64,000 nt of DNA from a virus: the IMG/VR virus record IMGVR_UViG_3300027668_001405, positions 64,001 to 128,000 of that record; one strand, written 5' to 3'. Each line of letters starts with the position of its first letter. Positions within the stretch are counted from its first letter, which is position 1. Both the position numbers and the translations under genes were made by a program. The notes beneath the pieces are model-generated. The model saw nothing but the letters and a program-made list of their open reading frames with translations, was not told the origin of the DNA and searched no databases. Of this stretch, positions 19,886 to 29,199 are shown in pieces.

Positions 19886-21062
19886 AGAAGACTTGAAATG
19901 GAGCGAATATGACTTTACTAAAACACCATACGATAAGTTGGTGCGTGTGGGTCAGCGTAATATTCTGTACCGCGACATGTTTACTGTTAGTTGGTTGCTT
20001 GGCCGTTTTTGCAACTATAATTGTAGCTACTGTTGGCCTTACGCTAGGAGTGGTAAAAAAGATCACAGACCTACTGAACTAAATTTAAAGACTATTGATG
20101 AGATTAAACGTCAAGCACGTGAACGTGGATTTAATAGTTTCCACTTTAGTCTAAGTGGAGGCGAACCAACTTTCCATCCAGGCTACTTAGACATGTTAAA
20201 GCATCTAAGTGATGATGCACATAACACAAACTATACAAGTGTACACATGACATCAAATTGTAGTCGTAATATGAAATGGTTTAAGACATATTGTGAATAC
20301 GCAAGTAAATTCCATCGTGCAAGTATTACAGCTAGTTTGCATACTGAACATGTTAACACACCTGAGAAGATGCAAGACTTGGCAGAGAAATTAATCATGT
20401 GTCAAGAACATGATGTACAGGTAACTATTAACATGGTTATGGTTCCTGATCTATTCCAAGAATATTATGATAATGCATTATTTTATCATAACCAAGGAAT
20501 TAACGTTACGCTAAAACCTCAATCAGATCCAACAGCAAGTAAAATTGTAGATGGTTACACACCTGAGATGTTAGCTAAGTTGCACAACGGTATGCCACAA
20601 CGTAGTTACACAGAAGCTAAAGCACAACATAAGCAGTTAGTGGTTAGACCTAAGCCTACATTTAAAATTGATAAAGACGATCATTATCGTAAGCAAACAG
20701 CGGCAGTGCCGTGGAATATGCAAGTAGAATTTAGAGACGATAAAGGTGATCCATATTACATGGACCAAGCAGAACGTTTTAATGCGTTTAACTTTAATAA
20801 GTTTAAAGGGTGGGAATGTAGTAGTGGATATCGTAGTATTATTATCCGTGAACCTGATGGAAGTGTGAAGCGTAGTTATAGCTGTCACGATCAACCTCTA
20901 GGTAACATTGAAACAGGATTTAAGTTGTTTGATGGACCTAAGGTGTGTACAACAGATTCATGTGTTAGTAGTGCAGATAGTAAAATCCCCAAACGAGCGC
21001 CGGGGACTAAGTTGCCTTTATGGCCAGGTGATAAAACATATGAGCATGGAACGTTTGACTAA
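19875..21062 (+). CDS. Radical SAM protein with C-terminal SPASM-like domain
   Basis: SWLLGRFCNYNCSYC, SGGEPT, TSNCS; C-terminal GWEC...C...C...C. Confidence 0.9.
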   Translation: MENKEDLKWSEYDFTKTPYDKLVRVGQRNILYRDMFTVSWLLGRFCNYNCSYCWPYARSGKKDHRPTELNLKTIDEIKRQARERGFNSFHFSLSGGEPTFHPGYLDMLKHLSDDAHNTNYTSVHMTSNCSRNMKWFKTYCEYASKFHRASITASLHTEHVNTPEKMQDLAEKLIMCQEHDVQVTINMVMVPDLFQEYYDNALFYHNQGINVTLKPQSDPTASKIVDGYTPEMLAKLHNGMPQRSYTEAKAQHKQLVVRPKPTFKIDKDDHYRKQTAAVPWNMQVEFRDDKGDPYYMDQAERFNAFNFNKFKGWECSSGYRSIIIREPDGSVKRSYSCHDQPLGNIETGFKLFDGPKVCTTDSCVSSADSKIPKRAPGTKLPLWPGDKTYEHGTFD

Positions 21063-21063
21063 G

Positions 21064-21534
21064 CTATTTTATGTTAGCCCACTTCTTTTCTGAACAGCCT
21101 TCTTTCTGTGCCCAACGAATAAACAATCCACACTCTCTACCATTAGCTTCAATCTCCCAAGGCAGATCCCAATAGTCTGTGGCATCACTAATCATTTGAT
21201 CTTTCCACTTCCAATACTTTGCTTTACTGGCCTGTGTGTTTGAGTGTACGTAGTCAGTCATCTCTCTACGAGCATACTGTTTAACATGTACCATTTCGTG
21301 TGCAACAGTTTCTAGCATTGTACGCAAGCCTACAGTATGATCAACTTCAATAAAGAAGTCTCTATCTGTCTCACGCAAACAATATCCGTTTGCATCACCT
21401 TTTAGTTTTGTTAGTTTAACCTCTATTCTAAGACTTGCCATACGTGGCATTAATTTCTTTATGCAATAATTAACCATAGAACGAGCATACTCACGTTGGC
21501 GAGTCTTGCCTCCTATAATTTCAATATCATTCAT
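21064..21534 (-). CDS. SprT-like zinc metallopeptidase
   Basis: TVAHEMVHVKQY (HExxH) and downstream PWEIEA. Confidence 0.7.
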   Translation of the reverse strand: MNDIEIIGGKTRQREYARSMVNYCIKKLMPRMASLRIEVKLTKLKGDANGYCLRETDRDFFIEVDHTVGLRTMLETVAHEMVHVKQYARREMTDYVHSNTQASKAKYWKWKDQMISDATDYWDLPWEIEANGRECGLFIRWAQKEGCSEKKWANIK

Positions 21535-21538
21535 AATA

Positions 21539-21754
21539 TTATCTTTCTAATACACAAAACGAACCAAAGTGCTTATCAAAAACACTTACTAAATTTTCAT
21601 AATCCCCTGACATCATTTCTTTTGTAATTAATGCGCCGTCCATATTAAGTTGTCTAGCAAAGTTGCTAGCATGAGCCATCATATTAAACGCATTACCTTC
21701 AGGGCCTGTTAAGTCAATAACTACCTCAGTAACTGGTTGCTTTTCTCTAATCAT
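21539..21754 (-). CDS. Phage hypothetical protein
   Basis: 71 aa; IDLTGPEGNAF motif that I recognise as recurring in tailed phages. Confidence 0.6.
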   Translation of the reverse strand: MIREKQPVTEVVIDLTGPEGNAFNMMAHASNFARQLNMDGALITKEMMSGDYENLVSVFDKHFGSFCVLER

Positions 21755-22113
21755 TTGCTAATTCCTAAAAAGTCTGTTTTCAACACTTCCAATTGATTAA
21801 TTGAATCAGGGTACTTTGTAAGCAAATCTACTGGATCAAGTTTATCTGCCATCTCTTCAAACGATTGATAAAAAGCTTCTGGTGTTTCAAACTTATCACC
21901 AACTGCCATAAAACAATCAGCATCAACATAGTTCCAATTAATAGCTCCATCTTCGTCTATGTTCTCAGAATTAGCAATAGCTTTTATCATAGTTGTTTCC
22001 AACATATCTTGTTGCTTCAATGTGTTCCAAAGACTTTCAGGAATAACTTGGTAGCCCATAATTGTTTTTGCGTTACAGTATTCTGCGTAAGTATTATATT
22101 TGCTTGCTATCAT
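21751..22113 (-). CDS. Hypothetical protein (putative early gene)
   Basis: 120 aa ORF directly downstream of a consensus sigma70 promoter. Confidence 0.6.
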   Translation of the reverse strand: MIASKYNTYAEYCNAKTIMGYQVIPESLWNTLKQQDMLETTMIKAIANSENIDEDGAINWNYVDADCFMAVGDKFETPEAFYQSFEEMADKLDPVDLLTKYPDSINQLEVLKTDFLGISK

Positions 22114-22127
22114 TTTGTAGTTCCTTG

Positions 22128-22184
22128 CTTTGTTTAACTTATACTACTATTATAGCAAGAACTCTTGGTACTGTCAACCTTTTT
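22128..22184. repeat. 57 bp promoter-containing direct repeat, copy 1 (copy 2 at 48898-48954)
   Basis: Identical except two AC/GT dinucleotide differences (4 mismatches), by manual alignment. Confidence 0.85.
22149..22177 (-). promoter_or_regulatory. sigma70-type promoter with internal palindrome
   Basis: Minus strand TTGACA (22177-22172), 17 nt, TATAAT (22154-22149); CAAGAACTCTTG at 22156-22167. Confidence 0.85.
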
Positions 22185-22244
22185 ATTCATTAAAAAACCC
22201 TGTAAAAACAAGGCTTTATAATTTATTTTGATTTAATTTTAAAT

Positions 22245-22751
22245 TTATCTAACTATTTGGTTGATTATTCCCTGATCTACGCCATTAGCCTTCAGTTCTT
22301 TTTCCTTAGGAGGCAATGCAAAACGTTTAATCCTGTCAAACGTAAACTCATCATTGCTTATTAGGCCACCCTTTTGCTCTTCTTTAACTTTAAACTGGCC
22401 TTCCATTGGAGTACCTTCTTCTGCCTTCTGCTTCATGCCTTGCATCTTCTTTGCATTCTCTTTTGTGTATGGCATTCTGTAATACGTTGGTCTAGGTTCG
22501 TCAGCATGCCTAACCAAAAAGTAAATGTTGGGCTTTTGTACTTCTGCCCATAACACTGTTACTTCACCTTTTGGTAGTGCATCAACTGGCGTACCTTGTA
22601 GTACATATATCGAATAGCCTGTAAATATACTGCTCACTAATACAAGTGGGATTAAAAAGAACGTAATAACGTTATTCTTTCCAGTTTGTATAATAGCATA
22701 TATAGCAACCACTGCTAACATGAACAGTAAAATTGTAGCTAGGTAAATCAT
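22245..22751 (-). CDS. Membrane protein with two N-terminal hydrophobic segments
   Basis: Hydrophobic YLATILLFMLAVVAIYAII and VITFFLIPLVLVSSIF; start placed at 22751. Confidence 0.6.
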   Translation of the reverse strand: MIYLATILLFMLAVVAIYAIIQTGKNNVITFFLIPLVLVSSIFTGYSIYVLQGTPVDALPKGEVTVLWAEVQKPNIYFLVRHADEPRPTYYRMPYTKENAKKMQGMKQKAEEGTPMEGQFKVKEEQKGGLISNDEFTFDRIKRFALPPKEKELKANGVDQGIINQIVR

Positions 22752-22851
22752 TATATACCTTTCAGTTTCGTAAAGCCTGAAAATGAACGACATTTTGCTG
22801 CCTGAGATCTTTGAAAACGATTCAATCCTCTAGCTAAAAATATATCTTGTA

Positions 22852-23934
22852 TCATTGGGTTTCCTCCTGTTTAAGTGGATGTGCAGGATCTACATTTAAG
22901 TATTTCCCCCACTCTGCATAGTAATGACGCATACCAACTTCATCGTGTATAGTATTGTTTTCGTGTCTACCATGTAGTATGTTTCTTCGTTCTGTTCCTG
23001 GTGCCATTGCTACACCCTGTCCTGTTACTCCTAGCAAATCTTCATGTAAGTTACGACCAAATGGACCCCATATAGAGTTATGATCATTTACACGTTGCTT
23101 TCGTTCTTCTGGAGTATCTTTTAATAATCCGTATCCACGGAATTCAATTAATACGCTGTTTGGTCCTAGTGGAGTAATACTATCACTACGATACGCACTA
23201 CCACGTAGGTTAAAATTGTAACCTGGAAACAAGTCTACCATGTACCACTGATTTGGTGGAACACCTGGAAAGCTCAATGCTCCTCTATCTGCGGCTCCTT
23301 CAAACTTATCATACTGCACTTCAAAGCTACCAACATTAACATGCCCGTTGTCAAACCCTGTACATGCACGAGCAAAGTACTCAGGAGTGAATCCGGTAAT
23401 TCTATTAAAGTAATGCATGTAATCGTGATAGAACTCACTGTTAGTATCATGCCATAGTTTATAGTTTGTAGGTATAATTGCTTTATGATAATGGAACACT
23501 TCTAGTTCCTCTGTATCAATAGCTGTATCAATACAATCAAATGCACCGTCTGTCCATTCTTCAACACTCATACTTGGTTCAGGATTTAGTGTTGTCCATA
23601 CCATGCCTCCGTGTTTTACTTCACAAGGTAATTCCTTTGCACCAACAAGATTAGCCCAGGTTGTAATACCTGCTACGCCACGTATGTTACCAGGATTAAT
23701 ATATGATTTAATATGGTCACCGTGATTTACTATGACTATGTTTTGAAATGCAATCTGTGATGTTCTATAGCTACCTATTTCTTTTATTTCACTTTTATGT
23801 ATAATTGGGATCCATACTTTAGCAAAGATTTCTTTAATCTCTTCTTCGTATATTTCTTGACTGCTGTAGCACTCGCTACTAATATATTCAACTGTTGGTT
23901 CTTCTAACCAATTTTTATGATTACGGGCTGGCAT
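22852..23934 (-). CDS. Ring-hydroxylating oxygenase alpha-subunit homolog lacking the Rieske [2Fe-2S] ligands
   Basis: N-terminal Y.S.EIYEEEIKEIFAKVW..IHKSEI; catalytic-domain NYKL...EFYHDYMH and NLHED. No CxH...CxxH motif. Confidence 0.75.
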   Translation of the reverse strand: MPARNHKNWLEEPTVEYISSECYSSQEIYEEEIKEIFAKVWIPIIHKSEIKEIGSYRTSQIAFQNIVIVNHGDHIKSYINPGNIRGVAGITTWANLVGAKELPCEVKHGGMVWTTLNPEPSMSVEEWTDGAFDCIDTAIDTEELEVFHYHKAIIPTNYKLWHDTNSEFYHDYMHYFNRITGFTPEYFARACTGFDNGHVNVGSFEVQYDKFEGAADRGALSFPGVPPNQWYMVDLFPGYNFNLRGSAYRSDSITPLGPNSVLIEFRGYGLLKDTPEERKQRVNDHNSIWGPFGRNLHEDLLGVTGQGVAMAPGTERRNILHGRHENNTIHDEVGMRHYYAEWGKYLNVDPAHPLKQEETQ

Positions 23935-23974
23935 AATTAATCTCCTATGCGTTATCCTTCTTCAATATTTATCA

Positions 23975-24574
23975 TTATGGCATTGCTCCACCATTTGGAA
24001 CAACATTTTTAAAGTGCTGGAATATTTCTGTAACAAATCCTTCTGCATCTATCGTAAACGCAGGCAATCTATTAATTTCTCGCTTTCTAGTTATAACACC
24101 TGATATGCTGTATACTTCTCTATAAGGGTTAACCTTTAGTACAGTAACAGTATAGTCAACTGGCTCTGGTCCACGCTTGGAATATCCATGCACTGATACA
24201 AAATAGTCGCCTGGTATAATACCTCTAATAGTTGCTGTTTCTCTATTAGACTTTACGACTAGTGTTACTCCGTCAACAACAATCCTATCGTTGGCATGTC
24301 CTAGATCATCTCTGTCTAGGTGTACAGGAGTATTTTCTCTATTACTAAATCCTACAGGGTGGTCTTCATCACGTGCAACCCATAAGTCCATGTCATCTGT
24401 CAGTTCTTTGTTCCATTCTAAGATGATAACAAATTCTGCCTTATTGGGTATGTCAGCTTTTTTGCTTATGGGATTGATTAGCAGAAATGCTATTACAAAT
24501 AATAGCACAAAGCCAATCAGAACATTGAATAGCAGGTCCACAAAGGACAAATTAGAATGAAATCTTCTAGCCAT
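23975..24574 (-). CDS. MotB/ExbD-like single-pass membrane protein with YfaP/DUF2135-like soluble domain
   Basis: SFVDLLFNVLIGFVLLFVIAF TM segment with a membrane Asp; DMDLWV...DRDDLG...PGDY.V.VH pattern. Confidence 0.55.
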   Translation of the reverse strand: MARRFHSNLSFVDLLFNVLIGFVLLFVIAFLLINPISKKADIPNKAEFVIILEWNKELTDDMDLWVARDEDHPVGFSNRENTPVHLDRDDLGHANDRIVVDGVTLVVKSNRETATIRGIIPGDYFVSVHGYSKRGPEPVDYTVTVLKVNPYREVYSISGVITRKREINRLPAFTIDAEGFVTEIFQHFKNVVPNGGAMP

Positions 24575-25007
24575 GCTCTTCTTCTTGCATTACTATTTGT
24601 ACCTTAACAAACAAGCTAGCAACAAGTCCACACAATGTAGTTAACAATGCTGTACTCATACCACTTGCCATGTCTGTGATAACTTGTTTCATACTATCAA
24701 CATTACTTGGGTCAATGTTAGCAAAACTACTTCCTAGCATTAGCATGAAACCTATTACAGTTCCTACCATGCCTATAGTCATGCACGACTCTGCCATAAA
24801 GAACGGCAGATCTAAATTAATTTTTTGTTTGAAATTACGGTAACCTACTATCAGTGTAGCTGTTGCCCATATGGTTATGATTACAAAGCTCAACTTGGTT
24901 ACATCATTGTCTATAAGAAATTGGATAGCATCAAAATATACTGCTATACCTACGGCGATTGCTTGCACAACTGCAATTAACCACCAGATTAAAAACGTTC
25001 TATTCAT
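24567..25007 (-). CDS. MotA/TolQ/ExbB proton-channel family protein
   Basis: IGMVGTVIGF and GMSTALLTTLCGL signature helices. Confidence 0.8.
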   Translation of the reverse strand: MNRTFLIWWLIAVVQAIAVGIAVYFDAIQFLIDNDVTKLSFVIITIWATATLIVGYRNFKQKINLDLPFFMAESCMTIGMVGTVIGFMLMLGSSFANIDPSNVDSMKQVITDMASGMSTALLTTLCGLVASLFVKVQIVMQEEEHG

Positions 25008-25026
25008 CTTAGTCCCTCTATATTAT

Positions 25027-25305
25027 TTACCTAATATTATTAGATAAACGCATCAGCATAGCCTGCTTTTCATCAAGCAGTAAGTACACTTTCATTGGTG
25101 TATCATCTGAAATACAACAACGTTCTAACTCACTCCATATTTCTGTAACAGTACCAATAGCGGCCTTGCTGTTACCTACGAAGAAAATCTTCTGGTCTTG
25201 ATACTCTTTTACTACTTGCTTTATATAGGCGGGAGTGCCCGTCAGTTTAAAAGATATTAAATTACCCATGTGTTCCGGACCATTTTCAATAGTCAGTTTC
25301 ATCAC
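25027..25305 (-). CDS. Hypothetical protein
   Basis: 92 aa ORF in operon context. Confidence 0.5.
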   Translation of the reverse strand: MMKLTIENGPEHMGNLISFKLTGTPAYIKQVVKEYQDQKIFFVGNSKAAIGTVTEIWSELERCCISDDTPMKVYLLLDEKQAMLMRLSNNIR

Positions 25306-26209
25306 ATAATACCTTCGCTAAGAATTTGCTATTAGTAATTAGTTTCAATCTTGTAAACTCATCTGCACAGACAAAGGTATCATAAAACGTATTATACAGT
25401 TCTATGTTAGGTTGGATATGTAGTTTTTGTTCACATATGTATTTATAATAATCCTTACTAGTATCCTTGTTTAGAAGTTTATCCATGTATATTATGTCGT
25501 CTTGTATCTCAACTACATCACTAATGTCTTCATCATCAATATTGAATTTAAATTCTTTAACCCATTTCTTTGTGACAATTTTATTCATAGAAGCTAGGCC
25601 TCTAACAATTGCCATCTCTGCAAGTGATACTGGCTTCTCGTCTAGCCATAGTTTAGTATCTTCTAATGGACCATCAATTTGTTCAGCTATTTTAGTTAGC
25701 ACTGTGTCGTAGCTAATATCTTCATCTACTGATCCAAGATCAAATACACGCTTTAGTTTGTTTATATTACTTGCACATATTACGTTCGTACTTCCATAAT
25801 TAAAACGCTTGTTCCAATCCCAAATATATAATGCACCAGTTTGTCTTACTAAAAACTTAGGTTGATCATCTGGTAGGTTTATGTTGTACGTGCTGTGTGG
25901 TAATACAAATTTAAAATGACTGTCGAGTAAAGGTAGATCTTCTATGTCAGTACAAGGCTTTAAGGCCTTATTTAATAGTCCAATGTGATCTGGTGCCAGC
26001 TCTAGAGCTTTAAGGTTTTTGTGAATGTTGCTAGGGCCAATTACATCTTCCCCATCTTCATTTTTAAAATAGGTTTGTTTATTCCACATGTCATCTAAAC
26101 TCTGTGGAAACGCACCCATGTCATGAGAGTAGGTCAGCAAGTGATCTAATACACTTGACTGCCCACACGCATTTCTATGATTTATGTTTACTAGAAGATT
26201 ATTTATTGC
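25286..26209 (-). CDS. Hypothetical protein
   Basis: About 307 aa; start placed at MAINN (26209) to reduce overlap with the clamp loader. Confidence 0.6.
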   Translation of the reverse strand, partial: AINNLLVNINHRNACGQSSVLDHLLTYSHDMGAFPQSLDDMWNKQTYFKNEDGEDVIGPSNIHKNLKALELAPDHIGLLNKALKPCTDIEDLPLLDSHFKFVLPHSTYNINLPDDQPKFLVRQTGALYIWDWNKRFNYGSTNVICASNINKLKRVFDLGSVDEDISYDTVLTKIAEQIDGPLEDTKLWLDEKPVSLAEMAIVRGLASMNKIVTKKWVKEFKFNIDDEDISDVVEIQDDIIYMDKLLNKDTSKDYYKYICEQKLHIQPNIELYNTFYDTFVCADEFTRLKLITNSKFLAKVLCDETDY

Positions 26210-27131
26210 CATTAAGTGTTCTACTGATTTCAATCAATGTAGCACTTAGGTTAATCTCTGGATCGGCTACCTGTGTATGCTTAATCATGCCTTCGCGAAT
26301 TGCAAGTACACAACTATCATATGTGAAGTCGTCATGTGTATATAAATCCAAGTTCTTGTATAGCCAAGTAAAGATGTCATTGTATTCATCTGCCCTTGCA
26401 CTGCCTACAATAAGTTTACGTGCATCTTGTATCTTACCTGCTCTAAACAGTTCTACCATGTTAACACGCCACTCGCTTGTACTTCCACCATCTTCTGGTA
26501 GTAGTAGCTTGTTATCAACAATAGTCATTTGCACTGTGTTAATAGTTTTACGCAAGTCTGGATAGTTTGCACGAACCATTGCATCTAATGTTTCTAAGTC
26601 AAAGTCAACTTTATTGTCTGCAAGTATTTCAGCAACCCGTACTGTAAAGTCTGTTTGGTCTAATGATTCAATGTGGAATCCTTGACACCTACTGTGTAAT
26701 GCAGGAATAATCATGTTAGGATAGTTACACGTTAAAATAAATCGTACACTGTGATGATACTGTTCCATAACTCCACGCAATGCCGCTTGACCTTCTGGAC
26801 TAATATGATCAGCCTCATCAAGTAGAATAACTTTAAAGTCACCCCATGGCATAGTTTCACTAAACGCTGAAATCTTCTTACGAATCATTTCAACACCATT
26901 GTCTCGACTAGCGTTAATGTAAAGTACATCTGCTGGTTCTAGGCCCAACTCTTTAATTAGTACTTTAGCTAGTGTAGTTTTACCTGTGCCAGGACTACCA
27001 CTAAACAATAGATGAGGAATGCCTTTATCGTCAATCCAGTTTTGCACTTGCTTACGCTGTGCTTCATCTTTAAATACGTACTCTTTTACATTGTCTGGTC
27101 GATACTTTTCAACCCATAAATCTCTAGCCAT
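26199..27131 (-). CDS. Clamp loader small subunit (RFC / T4 gp44-like AAA+)
   Basis: LWVEKYRP, GSPGTGKT Walker A, ILLDEAD Walker B, SRC motif. Confidence 0.95.
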   Translation of the reverse strand: MARDLWVEKYRPDNVKEYVFKDEAQRKQVQNWIDDKGIPHLLFSGSPGTGKTTLAKVLIKELGLEPADVLYINASRDNGVEMIRKKISAFSETMPWGDFKVILLDEADHISPEGQAALRGVMEQYHHSVRFILTCNYPNMIIPALHSRCQGFHIESLDQTDFTVRVAEILADNKVDFDLETLDAMVRANYPDLRKTINTVQMTIVDNKLLLPEDGGSTSEWRVNMVELFRAGKIQDARKLIVGSARADEYNDIFTWLYKNLDLYTHDDFTYDSCVLAIREGMIKHTQVADPEINLSATLIEISRTLNGNK

Positions 27132-27133
27132 CT

Positions 27134-27313
27134 TTAATCAATCTCCATTAGTTTTTCGTCTTCATCATCATAAGGTACCTCAGGGTTTAAATCCTGTACT
27201 TCTTGTTGTGTATAACAGCTTGGGTCTTTAATACCGTACTTGTTCATCATACCAAGTGCCCATGTAGACACGTCATCTCTAGTTTTAAAAGTCATGTTAC
27301 CTCTATGTTTCAT
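27134..27313 (-). CDS. Small hypothetical protein not in the ORF track
   Basis: Manual translation MKHRGNMTFKTRDDVSTWALG...EKLMEID*; follows a sigma70 promoter. Confidence 0.5.
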   Translation of the reverse strand: MKHRGNMTFKTRDDVSTWALGMMNKYGIKDPSCYTQQEVQDLNPEVPYDDEDEKLMEID

Positions 27314-27324
27314 TGTTATAGTTT

Positions 27325-27353
27325 ATTATACAGTAATATGACACTAAAGTCAA
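27325..27353 (-). promoter_or_regulatory. sigma70-type promoter
   Basis: TTGACT, 17 nt, TATAAT on the minus strand. Confidence 0.7.
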
Positions 27354-27505
27354 TCACTGATAATTTTGGTTTCCCAATTCTCAGCACAATCTTCTGCATA
27401 TCTTTTACTATGACCTTGACAGTCACGTATATGAACAAGTTTGCCTTCTTCATCATACATCTCTACAATGTATGATTTTACTTCTTTAACTATCGCTTTT
27501 CTCAT
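27350..27505 (-). CDS. Small hypothetical protein not in the ORF track
   Basis: Manual translation MRKAIVKEVKSYIVEMYDEEGK...NWETKIISD* (51 aa); fills the gap in the operon. Confidence 0.5.
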   Translation of the reverse strand: MRKAIVKEVKSYIVEMYDEEGKLVHIRDCQGHSKRYAEDCAENWETKIISD

Positions 27506-27674
27506 TTTGTTTGATCCGTTCTTGAATCAGCACATGTTGTTCTTCAATTAGTTTACGTTGTCGTTCTAATTCAAGGTACTGTTCTTCGATGTCATCTAAA
27601 CGTTGTTTCTTAATATCCGGAAATTGCAATACATTATCATCCATCCATTTAGACTTGAAAACTTTATCTGTCAT
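27486..27674 (-). CDS. Small coiled-coil hypothetical protein
   Basis: MTDKVFK...; start placed at 27674. Confidence 0.45.
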   Translation of the reverse strand: MTDKVFKSKWMDDNVLQFPDIKKQRLDDIEEQYLELERQRKLIEEQHVLIQERIKQNEKSDS

Positions 27675-27906
27675 CTTGCTTATCTTTCTTTGCTGGAAAT
27701 TGTGAAGGGAATGCTCTTTCAAGCATATCTGCGATCATTATGATCAATACAGTCGCCCAACCTAATGGACCTGCTACAAACAAGTAAGTAAACATTTGCC
27801 AATTCTTTGCTTCCTTACCTACATGTTTCTTTGCGTACATAATTATACACATAAACCAAACTATTGCAACTATTATACATAGTAGCATCATTGCATATTT
27901 TTCCAT
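27664..27906 (-). CDS. Small membrane protein
   Basis: Two hydrophobic segments. Confidence 0.5.
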   Translation of the reverse strand: MEKYAMMLLCIIVAIVWFMCIIMYAKKHVGKEAKNWQMFTYLFVAGPLGWATVLIIMIADMLERAFPSQFPAKKDKQDDR

Positions 27907-27907
27907 T

Positions 27908-28117
27908 TTACCACCATCCTAATGTTCTACCGTTGCCGGCTATAATTGCCATACAAGTTGCAACGTGTAGTACTATCCAAAATGTTCTAAACGCTAGTGC
28001 CTTTTTAACATCACTTTGGAGAATAGGCAAAAATTCTGGCTTGTCCTCGTCTGTAATCCCAATTGGCATACCTACTGTTCTAGCCCATACTTTTAAGAAT
28101 CTTCGTTGCCCACTCAT
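27908..28117 (-). CDS. Small hypothetical membrane protein
   Basis: KVWARTVGMPIG...FWIVLHVATC; C-terminal hydrophobic helix. Confidence 0.55.
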   Translation of the reverse strand: MSGQRRFLKVWARTVGMPIGITDEDKPEFLPILQSDVKKALAFRTFWIVLHVATCMAIIAGNGRTLGWW

Positions 28118-29064
28118 TAAATCTTATGTGTAAACAAACTGCTTACACTTTCTTCATTACTTACTCTTCGAATTGCTTCACCAAACATAGTTGATACACT
28201 TACTACTCGTGTTTTCTTACAATTGCTTGGACAGCTAAATTCAATACTATCTGTAATAACAAGTTCTTCAAGAGCACTGTCTTCTACTTTCTGACATGCT
28301 TTATTAGTCAGTACACCGTGTGTGATATAAGCTCGTACACTTAATGCACCTGCGTCCATAATTGCTTGTGCGGCATTACATAACGTTCCACCACTATCAA
28401 TAATGTCGTCTACTAGAATAGCATGTTGTCCTTCAACAACACCAATCAACCCCATAACTTCACTCTCACCAGCTCGTGGTCGACGTTTGTCTACAATAGC
28501 AATATCACCACCAAACATATCTGCAAATTTACGAGCTCGTACTGTACCGCCTGCATCAGGACTTACAAATACTGTACCAGCACTAGTGTCTACATTATAT
28601 TTAATATCTTTTGCGAATGCAATGCGTGATGTTAAATCATCAACAGGAATATCAAAGAAGCCCTGTATCTGTCCTGCGTGTAAATCCATTGTAAGGATTC
28701 TATCTGCACCGGATTCAGTAATTAGGTTTGCTACTAGTTTTGCTGTAATAGGTGTGCGACTTGCACTTTTACGATCTTGTCGAGCGTAACCAAAGTAAGG
28801 GATAACTGCTGTGATACGTCTAGCACTGCTACGTTTAGCGGCGTCTATCATTATCATTAGTTCCATTAGGTTGTCGTTAACAGGTGTACTTGTTGATTGT
28901 ATGATGAAAACATCCTCGCCTCTAATGTTTTCGTTAAACTCAACACTAGTCTCGCCGTCTGGAAAAGACTTAATTTCAGCTGGTACAAGTGTCGCAAAAC
29001 AATGGTCCGCAATTTTGGTTGCCATTTCAATGTTACTGTTGCCTGCGATTATTTTCATCTTCAT
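28117..29064 (-). CDS. prs: Ribose-phosphate pyrophosphokinase (PRPP synthetase)
   Basis: [51 protein letters not shown]. Confidence 0.97.
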   Translation of the reverse strand: MKMKIIAGNSNIEMATKIADHCFATLVPAEIKSFPDGETSVEFNENIRGEDVFIIQSTSTPVNDNLMELMIMIDAAKRSSARRITAVIPYFGYARQDRKSASRTPITAKLVANLITESGADRILTMDLHAGQIQGFFDIPVDDLTSRIAFAKDIKYNVDTSAGTVFVSPDAGGTVRARKFADMFGGDIAIVDKRRPRAGESEVMGLIGVVEGQHAILVDDIIDSGGTLCNAAQAIMDAGALSVRAYITHGVLTNKACQKVEDSALEELVITDSIEFSCPSNCKKTRVVSVSTMFGEAIRRVSNEESVSSLFTHKI

Positions 29065-29103
29065 TCAGTTCCCATTCTCTTTGATTGTTTGTAAGTTATG
29101 TAT

Positions 29104-29132
29104 ATTATAGTATACTTTAGGATGCTTGTCAA
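29104..29132 (-). promoter_or_regulatory. sigma70-type promoter upstream of prs
   Basis: TTGACA, 17 nt, TATAAT on the minus strand. Confidence 0.8.
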
Positions 29133-29153
29133 TAGCTATTTCAAACTATTTGG

Positions 29154-29189
29154 AAAAAAAGCTACAGCAAACAGGCCGCCTGCTGTAGC
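29154..29189 (-). terminator. Rho-independent terminator downstream of clpP
   Basis: GCTACAGCA...TGCTGTAGC 9 bp stem followed by T7 on the minus strand. Confidence 0.85.
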
Positions 29190-29199
29190 CAATAATTAA

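Noticed and set aside
9-21062. Classical RiPP cluster with a local precursor peptide
   Set aside because: Genes abut or overlap with no room for a short precursor, and no RRE/PqqD domain, peptidase or transporter is seen. The 150 aa ORF at 4258 looks globular.
21062-21064. Terminator at the convergent junctions 21062/21064 and 44732-44778
   Set aside because: The genes abut or overlap and I found no hairpin with a U-tract.
23975-25007. Complete Zorya defence system
   Set aside because: The A subunit lacks the long ZorA tail, the B subunit lacks an OmpA-like domain, and no ZorC, ZorD or ZorE is adjacent.
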